Shown: in pieces, positions 20,540 through 29,869 of the stretch
How positions within the stretch are numbered: position 1 is the first letter of the stretch
Layout of the letters: each line of letters opens with the position of its first letter
UHGV virus genome: UHGV-0125682
Length of the DNA: 64,000 nt
Reading direction: 5' to 3' (one strand)
Source of the DNA: a virus
Notes under the pieces: generated by a model
The model's input: only the letters and a program-made list of their open reading frames with translations
Told to the model about the DNA's origin: nothing
The model's database searches: none
Translations under genes and position numbers: made by a program

Positions 20540-21748
20540 ATGAGTCAACACACTGATACTTCTAATCTGGAAATTATCTCGACAGCAATTGAAACGCTGC
20601 GCACACAAATCGCTCTTATACAGAAACGGAATCCGGGTGATGACCTGTCAAAGCGACTGCACGAGAGTGTCATTGCCACTACAGATAACCTGGTGGCGGA
20701 AATCAACAAGCTGCTTGATGATGGGGCAGTTGATTACAATAAGCTGGTGGATCAGTTTGAGGAATACCAACAAGCCGTTAATGATGGCTTGATCCGTTTT
20801 TCACAAGTCACAGGCGTATCAGCGACAGTTGAAAGCCTGGGTGATGCAGTTAATCAATTTGCCGCGAATATGCGTAATGAGATCGGCAATCTGGAAGCGC
20901 GTCTTGAACAGGCAAATACACTGCGTAAATCTGCCGAAGCCGATTTGAACCGTTACAAAAAAGACTATCCGCCCAGCCTGACAAAGCGGCTGGATGTTGC
21001 GGAGAAGGATAACCGCACGCTGAAAAGAGAGCGCCGGGAACTAAAAGAGCGTTTAACCAAGCTCAATCAGCAATGCATTGATTATCAAGGCGAAGGCGTC
21101 ACACTGCGTAAAAAGTTGGCTACAGCGCAGAGCATTATCGAAACATTAAAGCGAGAGTGCTCACAGCTTGGTCACGATCTGAACCGTGCTTGTGGCATGG
21201 GACAAAGACCAGAGACATTTCCACTTATGTATGACGGAAGGGATGCCATTGCCTACATCCATGAGTATCCGCACGGCCTGGTTGCGGAAACTGGGCAGCG
21301 TGGCGAAGCACTGCTGACGGCTAATTACCATCAACAAATCAGAACCAATCGCCTGTTAACGATGGATGTGATCCCATCGGTATGGGGAACGCCGCTTTAC
21401 TATCGCCTGCCGGGCTTCGAAAAGGACTGGAATACCGACATAGACGAATGTCTCGCAGATAAAATTATGGCGTACCTGGAGACGGATTTTCCGTGCTTAT
21501 ATCGCCGGATTATGGACTCTAAGGATGCGCCAATCGATGAATTAAAAATGCGTCCGGAGACGCTGGAGGCAATCAAGCAGACGGAGTTTGATACTGTATT
21601 CAGTGTGGCCTGCATTCCAAGCTGTTTCCATGAAAGCATTCCGTTCATGCAAGGAGATCGTCGTCAGGAAATCATTGACGCTTGCCGGGTATGGGCGAAC
21701 GAATGGGATAAGAATAATGGGGGTGTAGAAGATCTTTACGGGAAATAA
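20540..21748 (+). CDS. hypothetical protein, N-terminal coiled coil (402 aa)
   Basis: ORF with AGCAATG start context; operator upstream. Confidence 0.55.
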   Translation: MSQHTDTSNLEIISTAIETLRTQIALIQKRNPGDDLSKRLHESVIATTDNLVAEINKLLDDGAVDYNKLVDQFEEYQQAVNDGLIRFSQVTGVSATVESLGDAVNQFAANMRNEIGNLEARLEQANTLRKSAEADLNRYKKDYPPSLTKRLDVAEKDNRTLKRERRELKERLTKLNQQCIDYQGEGVTLRKKLATAQSIIETLKRECSQLGHDLNRACGMGQRPETFPLMYDGRDAIAYIHEYPHGLVAETGQRGEALLTANYHQQIRTNRLLTMDVIPSVWGTPLYYRLPGFEKDWNTDIDECLADKIMAYLETDFPCLYRRIMDSKDAPIDELKMRPETLEAIKQTEFDTVFSVACIPSCFHESIPFMQGDRRQEIIDACRVWANEWDKNNGGVEDLYGK

Positions 21749-21767
21749 TGTGTTAGAAATCTAAAAT
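21748..21767 (-). promoter_or_regulatory. operator-like repeat
   Basis: atgtgttagaaatctaaaat. Confidence 0.5.
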
Positions 21768-21904
21768 CACAATTCGAATGTATTGATTGTGAAGGTAACT
21801 TAACATAGAATTTTCCTTGCTGGTGGGCGGTACCCACGTTTCGCTTGCTGGGCTTGATAGTCACTTATTGGTTATTGTTCGCCCACCAGCATTTAACAAA
21901 TTAA

Positions 21905-21922
21905 AGTGTTAGAAAAGTATAG
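21905..21922 (-). promoter_or_regulatory. operator-like repeat
   Basis: agtgttagaaaagtatag. Confidence 0.5.
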
Positions 21923-22498
21923 TAACGCAAGAGCACGCTTTGGCACCGTGCAGGCCAAAGTTCAGCAGGTTTAGTGCGGAAAGTGGTTTCAGAGAGAGCA
22001 CTTTGCGGAGTAAACGACAATACATGTTGAGCCAAGGAAGGTCTTTTTAAGGTGTTTATTGATGATGGTCCGGCAGAGAGTAACGGTACATGCTGCATCT
22101 AATCATCAATGCACATCTTCAACATTAAGGAGGCATAGGGATTTTTGTGGCGGTTACCTTTTGCCCTGAGTCTCCTTAATGTTGCGGTAATGCACCTATG
22201 CGGATGTGGCCTTGCATTGTGTCTTGAAAGAATGGGGTAAGGCCGGGGATATCCCCAGGGGGAGGCACCCCCGCTGCAACGAACAGCCACAGACGGCAGT
22301 CGAGTGATGGAAACGTGCAAAGACTTTAAACCTCGTTACGGCTGGCGTGGCAAACGCGACAACCGAGACAGAGCGGTGACGGGCGGAGAGAGTGCCGCAT
22401 CAAGAAAGAAGCCGACTTGTGATCCCTTTCAGCGGGCATTTGAAAGTGAATCCAGCTCAGGCAGTCGGCTTCTTTCTTGTGTGAGATGTAGCGTATTT

Positions 22499-22522
22499 GC
22501 CCATCTTCGGGTGGGCTTTTTT
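22499..22522 (+). terminator. intrinsic terminator inside ORF-poor region
   Basis: gcccatcttcgggtgggc hairpin plus T6. Confidence 0.6.
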
Positions 22523-22982
22523 AGGGTTTTCGTCATGGTTAGCGACTTTGCGGCGGTTTATAAACTGACCATTAAAGTAAATGCAAACGATGATCTGATG
22601 ATGGTAGCGGCCTAAGAAGCCAGACGCCACGGGGTATGAGTCGTCCCCCGTCAAAAAATCGACCGCAGAGTGTCCCCGTCTGTGTATTAGGGAACGGGGA
22701 GGCATAACAGGCAAGGGCGCTGGTGTGATTAACCAGATGAATGAGAAGGGTCAGGTCTTTCTGGTCAGCGCCCTTACCTGTTACGTCCCTCCCGCGTAAC
22801 AGCCATTGATTAATGGCTTTCTGGGATAACATCCTACTACGGGTATATCCCGTCATGCTGAAGGCGCTAATCACGCTGGAAGCCAGGGTTGTGCATCCCC
22901 TGTTACCGAATTGCAGCCAGGGCGCGGTGCGCCGAAAAGCATACGGAGGTGGAAGCCCTCGCCGGAGACGTACCCGGCAAGT

Positions 22983-23059
22983 GATGGTGTAGCTCAGTAG
23001 GATAGAGCAGCAGCCTTCTAAGCTGTCGGTCGGTGGTTCGAATCCACCCACCATCGCCA
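22983..23059 (+). tRNA. tRNA-Arg (anticodon UCU)
   Basis: Manual cloverleaf fold: 7-bp acceptor GATGGTG/CACCATC, TTCGAAT T-loop, anticodon loop CTTCTAA, encoded CCA. Confidence 0.85.
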
Positions 23060-23061
23060 AT

Positions 23062-23137
23062 GCCGGTTTAGCTCAGTTGGTAGAGCGCCTGCCTTGTAAG
23101 CAGGATGTCAGCGGTTCGAGTCCGTTAACCGGCACCA
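23062..23137 (+). tRNA. tRNA-Thr (anticodon UGU)
   Basis: Manual fold: acceptor GCCGGTT/AACCGGC, anticodon loop CTTGTAA, T-arm AGCGG-TTCGAGT-CCGTT, CCA. Confidence 0.85.
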
Positions 23138-23146
23138 ACACAACAG

Positions 23147-23220
23147 GTAAGGGTATTTTGCGACGTCGGAGATCGCCGTGCTTGGCAGAGGGTTCGAATC
23201 CCTACGAAGTACCCTTACCG
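23147..23220 (+). ncRNA. tRNA-like element or tRNA pseudogene
   Basis: 10-bp terminal stem GGTAAGGGTA/TACCCTTACC enclosing AGGG-TTCGAAT-CCCT T-arm-like hairpin, but spacing is non-canonical. Confidence 0.3.
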
Positions 23221-23775
23221 TTGTGATGAAGTGCAGCTCTTTGAAGCAACCAGAAGATAAGCATCTGGCTTCACAACATAAACCGCAGGAACGACCAATA
23301 AACGGTAGTCCGTATGGAGAACACCCCGTTGAGGAAGAGGCCTGGCCGGAACCGTAACCGGCACTACAACGTTGAGAACACTGGCGTAACGGGGTCATAT
23401 CCCAATCTATGAATAAATGTTGCGTTGCAGCGTGACAACCAGTGTTCTCAACATTGTGGTGAATGCGCAGGCTGATGCGCGAAAGACATTGCAGCTATTG
23501 CGGAAAAGAGCTGTTCGGCGGGGCAATTAAACGCCCGTGAGAGTCTGAAATAACCGCAAGCCGGAGATCAGCACCGGTCGCCACAATAACGGGAGAGTAG
23601 GGAGCATGGTGCTCAAGCAGTCTTGAAAACCGTCCCATTGCGCACGCGGAACAGTTAAAACAATCCTCCTTAGTGGTTAAGTCAAACATCCCGGCGTTAA
23701 TTGTTAACTGGTTAACGTCACCTGGAGGCACCAGGCACCGCAGCTTTTTTATTCGTTAAATAATGGAGTGAGAGG

Positions 23776-24012
23776 ATGCAGAACAATCCGAACAAATGTC
23801 GAACGCTATGGGTGCGGTTATATATTTATGTCGTCCTCTGTTTGATTGTGTCACTGGTTCTGTATGTTTGGCTTTTGCCAAATATGATCTCATCTGACAG
23901 CACAATACTTGTATTGTTGGGAGTCCTTCTCGCGCTCATTTACCCGGCTTTTGCAGTAGTCTTTTTTCGTGAAAAAACCAGGAAATTGATTAATGAAAAA
24001 AACGTTGATTAG
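23776..24012 (+). CDS. small membrane protein (78 aa)
   Basis: GAGAGG RBS; two hydrophobic helices. Confidence 0.5.
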   Translation: MQNNPNKCRTLWVRLYIYVVLCLIVSLVLYVWLLPNMISSDSTILVLLGVLLALIYPAFAVVFFREKTRKLINEKNVD

Positions 24013-24820
24013 TGCAGCGATTATTTTTGGTTCTTTATGTCTGACCGGATGCGACCGGGTAGAACCAGGCAATGTAGGGATCAAAGTAAATAAGCTGGGG
24101 GATGATAAAGGTGTCGGCGAAGTAGTTGGCGTTGGTCGCTACTGGACAGGCTGGAACACAGAAGTTTATATCTTCCCGACCTTTAAGCAAATGAAGACCT
24201 ATGATGATCCGTTCAGCTTCCAAATGAGCGACGGGACAACAATTGGTTACCACATTGGTGTAGCTTACAAGGTTGATCCGGCAAAAGTCACAACTGTATT
24301 TCAGACCTACCGCAAAGGCGTGGATGACATTACCGACACCGACCTGCGCCAGAAGATTGCCGACGCACTTAACCGACTGGCCAGCAAAATGACCACCGAC
24401 AAATTTATCGACGGTGGCAAGTCTGAACTACTGGATGCAGCTCTTAAAGACATCCAGGAAGAAATGACGCCCATCGGTATTCAGGTAATGAGCCTCTCAT
24501 ATGTGGGCAAGCCGGAGTACCCGCCAACCGTTATCGACAGCATTAATGCCAAAGTCACGGCGAACCAGAAAACTCTGCAACGCGAGCAGGAAGTCAAGCA
24601 ACGCGAAGCAGAAGCCAACATGCTGCGCGCAGAAGCTGCCGGACAGGCCGATGCCATTCGCACAAAAGCCCAGGCTGAAGCTGATGCCATTCGTTTACGC
24701 GGTGAGGCTCTGCGCCAGAACCCCGGCGTTATGGAGTTGGAAGCGATCAACAAATGGAACGGAACGCGACCGCAGTATATGACCAGTAATACCGCTGTTC
24801 CGTTTGTTCCGGTGAAATAA
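23993..24820 (+). CDS. plp: SPFH/band-7 domain lipoprotein (Plp-like)
   Basis: Signal peptide with lipobox LCLTGC; coiled-coil Ala/Glu-rich C-terminus typical of SPFH proteins. Confidence 0.65.
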   Translation: MKKTLISAAIIFGSLCLTGCDRVEPGNVGIKVNKLGDDKGVGEVVGVGRYWTGWNTEVYIFPTFKQMKTYDDPFSFQMSDGTTIGYHIGVAYKVDPAKVTTVFQTYRKGVDDITDTDLRQKIADALNRLASKMTTDKFIDGGKSELLDAALKDIQEEMTPIGIQVMSLSYVGKPEYPPTVIDSINAKVTANQKTLQREQEVKQREAEANMLRAEAAGQADAIRTKAQAEADAIRLRGEALRQNPGVMELEAINKWNGTRPQYMTSNTAVPFVPVK

Positions 24821-24833
24821 CCAAATAGAGAAC

Positions 24834-24965
24834 ATGATGGAATTTTGGACGTTTGCCGACAAGAACCCTTGGTGGACATTTTTATTTCTGCTGGTGGTTG
24901 CATATGGGGTCGAGCAAGCAGCAAAAGCCTTACGCGGTCCTGGCAAAAAGCGTAAGCGGAATTAA
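24834..24965 (+). CDS. small membrane protein (43 aa), not in ORF track
   Basis: ATG ORF with one hydrophobic helix and basic tail. Confidence 0.35.
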   Translation: MMEFWTFADKNPWWTFLFLLVVAYGVEQAAKALRGPGKKRKRN

Positions 24966-24974
24966 CAGTAATCT

Positions 24975-25050
24975 GGCCCTTTAGCTCAGTGGTTAGAGCT
25001 GGCGACTCATAATCGCACGGTCACCGGTTCAAGTCCGGTAGGGGCCACCA
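24975..25050 (+). tRNA. tRNA-Met or tRNA-Ile2 (anticodon CAU)
   Basis: Manual fold: acceptor GGCCCTT/AGGGGCC, anticodon loop CTCATAA, T-arm ACCGG-TTCAAGT-CCGGT, CCA. Confidence 0.8.
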
Positions 25051-25503
25051 TATTTGGTTGTAACACGGCGTATGGCACATGCGTCGTTAGCGGTCTGGTG
25101 ACGTTAAAGGGGTTACCTTTTCCCCAAGCTCAGGCAACAAACCAGGTAGCCGGAATGTGCAAGCCCCGTACATAGCGTCGGACCGAGGACTCACCACCCT
25201 GGCGATTCGGTGTGACAGCCGGAAGAGTACGGCGCACAACAGGAAAAGGCGTTTAATTAACGCGAGCGCCGTTTCCGTTGTGGTAATTGCGGCTATGCGC
25301 TCGTGACGAAGCCATTTTCATTCACTACGTTCTGATAAGTGACGTCGCCAGGAGTGGCTAACCTGGCAGGTGGAGGCACCACCGCCACAACTCCTTTCAA
25401 TTCATCATATAGCCGCTCAGGCTGTACCCCTTAATTAATACGAAGTTTCGACATCTCTATCGGTTTAACCGAGGGATGGTCGCGCGTGTAAAAAGGAGAC
25501 GTT

Positions 25504-26079
25504 ATGTTAACGGCGAACGATAACGCGTATGCAGAAGCAGATCTCATATTGAGTGACTTCATCGGTCAGCGGGAACGCTGGACACAAAAGCGAGAGGAAC
25601 TTTATGCCTCGTTAGTTCGCAAAGGTGTCAACATTGAAACCGCTCAAAGCGGCGATATGACGGTAGTCAGTGTTGGATTACATGGTGTGAGCGTGTCCGC
25701 AGCCAATCATGAGCCATACGTAGCGTTATCAGAGTCGATGGCAAGGCTAATTAAGTTTCTGAAGCAAACAGAAGCCAATAATGTTTTCATCGCCAAAAAG
25801 AACATCAATTTTTCTGCCGCCGTGTTCTGGATGATGAAGGGGCTTGACGCCCGCCGGGCATCATGGCCTAAAGGGAGCTATATGTCGATGTTCCGTGGCA
25901 GTATAGGCAGCAAAGAAAAGCTCGTCGAATTCCTGCCGGAAGAAGCATTCGATATTGTGGAAGGGTGCGATGTGATGATTATGCCTCGGCTGGTAATGAT
26001 GAATGGAGACTTACAGGCACAGACAGACTGGTTCGCCACTGGCGTGGATATTATCGCGACTGACTGGGAGGCATTCTGA
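25504..26079 (+). CDS. hypothetical protein (191 aa)
   Basis: GGAGA RBS; ORF. Confidence 0.5.
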   Translation: MLTANDNAYAEADLILSDFIGQRERWTQKREELYASLVRKGVNIETAQSGDMTVVSVGLHGVSVSAANHEPYVALSESMARLIKFLKQTEANNVFIAKKNINFSAAVFWMMKGLDARRASWPKGSYMSMFRGSIGSKEKLVEFLPEEAFDIVEGCDVMIMPRLVMMNGDLQAQTDWFATGVDIIATDWEAF

Positions 26080-26471
26080 TGTACGAGACCACAAAATTAA
26101 GCATTCACGAAGTATCCAATGTGGAGTGGAATATCGTCACCTGTAAGATTGTATCGTGTAATGCTGCGCGTACTGATGCAGGCCATAAGAGCACGATAAC
26201 AGGCTACATGGTAATGGCTTATAGGGGATTGAGAGTTCGCTTTATCTGGAAAGCTCGGCAATTGACACCATTCAGAGAGCCGTCAATGCCATTAGAGGTA
26301 GAACAGGATTATTTAAGCCTGCCGGAAATAGACGGTGCAACGCTGGTGGATTCTGATGGTCGTAAGGCTGATTTTGAAGTCAGCTTAAAGGTGGCGCAGG
26401 CCGTAATTAATAACTCACGTGGTAAGTGGATCGCTAAGGTAAAACACGGCGTTCGCTTATCTCGCTGGTAG
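26079..26471 (+). CDS. hypothetical protein (130 aa)
   Basis: ATGA start/stop overlap with upstream gene. Confidence 0.5.
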   Translation: MYETTKLSIHEVSNVEWNIVTCKIVSCNAARTDAGHKSTITGYMVMAYRGLRVRFIWKARQLTPFREPSMPLEVEQDYLSLPEIDGATLVDSDGRKADFEVSLKVAQAVINNSRGKWIAKVKHGVRLSRW

Positions 26472-26485
26472 TGTTAGATGAATGG

Positions 26486-26505
26486 AATTAATTTTCTAAT
26501 ATAAC
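26486..26505 (+). promoter_or_regulatory. operator-like repeat (variant TTTTCTAAT) with inverted half-copy at 26471..26480
   Basis: gtgttagatg ... aattaattttctaatataac. Confidence 0.45.
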
Positions 26506-26579
26506 CAACTTTTTGCCAGTCTATACAGAAATAACATTCTCATTATCATCCCCTCGGTCATTTCCTGCCTGGGGGATTA

Positions 26580-26972
26580 ATGGAGCATATCAGCAGCGCA
26601 GAAATTGCGGATATCATGATTAGGGCTGACTGCTATCTGACAGTCACCGAAATCACCACTCTAGCTAAAGAAAAATATCCTCACCTTCATGTTTCACGCG
26701 TAAGTGTAACCAACATCATTCGGCATTTTGTGCGGTCAAGCCGAGCTATTTGTGAGCTTGATGATCGTGTTTACCCACGGAAATACTGGTTGCATGGCCT
26801 GAACGGATATCAGTTCAAGGTGCGCGGGCGCACGCCTGAATACGGTAGCTTACTGGTTAAAAACTGTAGCAGGAAATCAGTCGAACAGGCGCGAAAAGAG
26901 CAACGAGAGCTGGTGGACATGGCGAATAAGCTGTGGAATGCCGCCGTTAAAAAGCGTGGTGTTGCTTTATGA
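26580..26972 (+). CDS. hypothetical protein, possible late-gene activator (Lpa position upstream of pacA)
   Basis: Position only; stop overlaps pacA start. Confidence 0.35.
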   Translation: MEHISSAEIADIMIRADCYLTVTEITTLAKEKYPHLHVSRVSVTNIIRHFVRSSRAICELDDRVYPRKYWLHGLNGYQFKVRGRTPEYGSLLVKNCSRKSVEQARKEQRELVDMANKLWNAAVKKRGVAL

Positions 26973-28333
26973 GTCTGGTTAATTGGGAGGAGCACCGCGC
27001 CCGCTTTATAGCGTTGCGTGAAGAAAAAGGGATCACTGTAAAGGAATACTGTGAGGAGCATGGCCTTAGCTTCAATACAGCCAGAAAGCATCTCAATATG
27101 AAAAAAAATGAGGTGCGGTCGCAGGTAAAGACAACAAAAAAAAGCACCAAATCACCTGAAAAAAAACGGGCGGGAAGAGCAACAAAAAAGCTGGAAGAGG
27201 GTGCAGAAAAAACAAAATTTACAGAAATTGACAATTCGCAGGGCGCAGGTTCTTTCCGAAGTATGCCGAGAAAGAAAACTTCGGATCATGAAAATAATGC
27301 AAATAATAACAATGAGATAAAAGAATCTGTCAGGAGATCATTGCGCGAAAAAATGGCGAAAATGATCCCCGAAGAAGATAAAAGCGCCCCAAAAATTGAG
27401 GGATCTTCAGCAATGATCCCTGGCGGTGCTGTGCAGCGTGCCACATTGCCCACTACGAATGTGGCTCGCGATATGATGAAGAACGGCGCAGAAGAACACC
27501 TGCGGTTAGCAATTCAAATGGCGCAAGAGCGCGCACTTCAGTATCAAAGCATTGTTGATCAGGAGGCCGAACGTCTACAGGCGGAAATAGACGCCTTGGG
27601 CGATAAAGAGCCAGAAGGAATGCACCCTGGGCAGCGCCTTCTCGGTCTAATCAGTGACGCTGCCTACTACATGAATGATTTTATCAGTAGGTTGGCAGCT
27701 ATATATCAGTCCGAACAAAAGCTGCGACAGGGGGATGAAAAGCTTCGTCAGAGCGCTCGCCAGCAAGCATTCAAAGAGGCTGAGGCCAGAGAAAAACTCG
27801 AATTAGCACGCCTACAGGCCGAACAGCGTGGCAAAGAGATTGAATATCGCATTGGCGCTGACGCACGCGCAGCCAGAGTTATCGCCGCCGCTATACGTAT
27901 GCGTGAGCGCGAGGAACTGGATGATATCAGTGTTGCTGAATACATCGAGCGCCAGGGGGTCAGCGTCCCGGCTATCCTCGCGGCGCGCGCGGCGAAAGCT
28001 ATCACTCTTCTCGAACCACCTGTTTCTGACGTCAATGATGTTGATGATGAACAGCTGGACAAAGAGGCAAGGGAGTTTGCAACGCTTCAGGCTAACCATC
28101 CGCAATGGCTGGCAGAGCGCCGGGCGGATGTGGCAACCATTGTTGAAGAATTGGGGTGCGGAGATTACGACCGCAATGGCGAGCGTAAAGCTGGAGAATT
28201 CGAGGCCAACGACGAAGAGCTGGATATTGACCCTTCGGCAACGGCTGAAATTTACGGTGATTATGATGCATCTGATGCAGGGTATGACGCCGGAGATGAT
28301 GATATCGCGATAGAACCGCCGGAGGATGATTAA
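26969..28333 (+). CDS. pacA: terminase small subunit PacA-like
   Basis: Immediately upstream of and overlapping terminase large subunit; N-terminal HTH-like segment; contains GATC cluster. Confidence 0.65.
   Translation: MSLVNWEEHRARFIALREEKGITVKEYCEEHGLSFNTARKHLNMKKNEVRSQVKTTKKSTKSPEKKRAGRATKKLEEGAEKTKFTEIDNSQGAGSFRSMPRKKTSDHENNANNNNEIKESVRRSLREKMAKMIPEEDKSAPKIEGSSAMIPGGAVQRATLPTTNVARDMMKNGAEEHLRLAIQMAQERALQYQSIVDQEAERLQAEIDALGDKEPEGMHPGQRLLGLISDAAYYMNDFISRLAAIYQSEQKLRQGDEKLRQSARQQAFKEAEAREKLELARLQAEQRGKEIEYRIGADARAARVIAAAIRMREREELDDISVAEYIERQGVSVPAILAARAAKAITLLEPPVSDVNDVDDEQLDKEAREFATLQANHPQWLAERRADVATIVEELGCGDYDRNGERKAGEFEANDEELDIDPSATAEIYGDYDASDAGYDAGDDDIAIEPPEDD
27280..27420 (+). promoter_or_regulatory. 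candidate pac site (GATC cluster)
   Basis: Five GATC in 135 bp (27284, 27336, 27364, 27402, 27415), two as TGATCC, inside pacA. Confidence 0.45.
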
Positions 28334-29841
28334 TGGCTGGCGGGCGCAAGATTAAATGCGTCACCAGCGATCCACGCTGGCGCGATATGGTAATCAAATA
28401 CCGCTACAACTTTACCCAAGCTGTTGTCGATATTTTTGGGATGTTCCCCTCCCACCAGCAGCAGCAGATCATTCAGTCAGTGCAGGAAACGGGGAGTAGG
28501 ACTACCGTCACGTCCGGACACGGAACGGGGAAGTCGTCCCTTACCGCGATGTTGCTGTTGATTTTTATGATCCTGTTCCCCGATGCCCGTGTCATCATTG
28601 TTGCTAACAAGATAGGCCAGGTAAAAACAGGCGTATTCAAATACGTTAAACAGTATTGGGCGAATGCAGTTAAGCGTCATGGGTGGTTGCAGACCTATTT
28701 TGTCCTCTCTGACACCATGTTTTATGAGCGCTCCCGTAAGGGGATTTGGGAAGTTCTCTGCAAAGGTTATCGACTCGGCAACGAAGAAGCGCTGGCGGGG
28801 GAACATGCGGCACATTTGCTTCTAATTCTGGATGAAGCATCTGGTATATCTGATAAGGCGATCGGCGTAATGACCGGTGCTCTTACTGAAGAAGATAACC
28901 GGATGTTGATGCTATCCCAGCCAACAAGGCCAAGTGGTTATTTCTACGATTCGCACCATTCTCAAGCAAAAACCCCAGACAACCCGAAAGGGATCTGGAC
29001 AGCAATTGTTCTTAACTCGGAAGAATCACCGTTCGTCACACCACAATTCATCAAGCAGAAGCTTCTGGAATATGGCGGGCGCGATTCTATTGAGTACATG
29101 GTCAAGGTGCTTGGTCAGTTCCCACGAGAAATTAACGGCTATTTGCTTGGTCGTGATGAATGCGATCGCGCAGCTCGCCGCAAGGTGTTGTTGGAGAAAA
29201 ACTGGGGATGGGTGGCAACGGCTGACGTTGGTAATGGGCGAGATAAGTCGGTCCTCAACATCTGCAAGGTATCTGGTCACAGGGATAAGCGGCGCGTTGT
29301 TAACTTTAAGGTAATGGAGATGCCTGGCACTATGGACCCATTGGCCTTTGCTGACTTCATATATAACGAATGTACGCCGGAAAAATACCCGAATATAACA
29401 ATCGCGGTTGATGCCGATGGTTTTGGTTCTGATACGTGTGCGCAGTTGGTGCGTCGTGGTGCGAACCCGGTACGTATTCGGTGGGGAAAACCCATGTTTG
29501 CAAACAAAGACAGGGAGCGATTTGTTAATCAGCGTGCCTACGCAAATATTATCGCGCGAGATGCCATAAAGTCAGGGCGTATGCGGATAGACAGTGACCC
29601 TAAAACGGCAGAGCAAGCGTCAAAAATCCCCTTTTTACTGAATGAAGAAGGGAAAATGGCGATGATGCGCAAAGAGCACATGCGGCAAAAGCTAAACATC
29701 AAATCGCCTGACCGATGGGATACCTACTGCTTCACTATGCTGGTGGACTATGTGCCTGCTAATGAAGATATTGGTGCCGAAATGGCAACTTTTCGGGATC
29801 AGGTTCTGGCGGATATCGAAATGCCGGATCTGGATATATAA
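28333..29841 (+). CDS. pacB: terminase large subunit PacB-like
   Basis: Walker A SGHGTGKSS, Walker B LLLILDEASG, C-terminal acidic nuclease-type residues (AVDADGFGSD). Confidence 0.85.
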   Translation: MAGGRKIKCVTSDPRWRDMVIKYRYNFTQAVVDIFGMFPSHQQQQIIQSVQETGSRTTVTSGHGTGKSSLTAMLLLIFMILFPDARVIIVANKIGQVKTGVFKYVKQYWANAVKRHGWLQTYFVLSDTMFYERSRKGIWEVLCKGYRLGNEEALAGEHAAHLLLILDEASGISDKAIGVMTGALTEEDNRMLMLSQPTRPSGYFYDSHHSQAKTPDNPKGIWTAIVLNSEESPFVTPQFIKQKLLEYGGRDSIEYMVKVLGQFPREINGYLLGRDECDRAARRKVLLEKNWGWVATADVGNGRDKSVLNICKVSGHRDKRRVVNFKVMEMPGTMDPLAFADFIYNECTPEKYPNITIAVDADGFGSDTCAQLVRRGANPVRIRWGKPMFANKDRERFVNQRAYANIIARDAIKSGRMRIDSDPKTAEQASKIPFLLNEEGKMAMMRKEHMRQKLNIKSPDRWDTYCFTMLVDYVPANEDIGAEMATFRDQVLADIEMPDLDI

Positions 29842-29843
29842 AA

Positions 29844-29862
29844 GCCCCGCGATGCGGGGCCG
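29844..29862. terminator. hairpin terminator between convergent genes
   Basis: gccccgcgatgcggggc hairpin; weak T tracts. Confidence 0.5.
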
Positions 29863-29869
29863 GTTGTGA

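Noticed and set aside
22304-22615. 103-aa plus-strand ORF in the tRNA-flanking region
   Set aside because: Reads straight through multiple perfect hairpins and an intrinsic terminator, with no RBS; more consistent with structured non-coding sequence.
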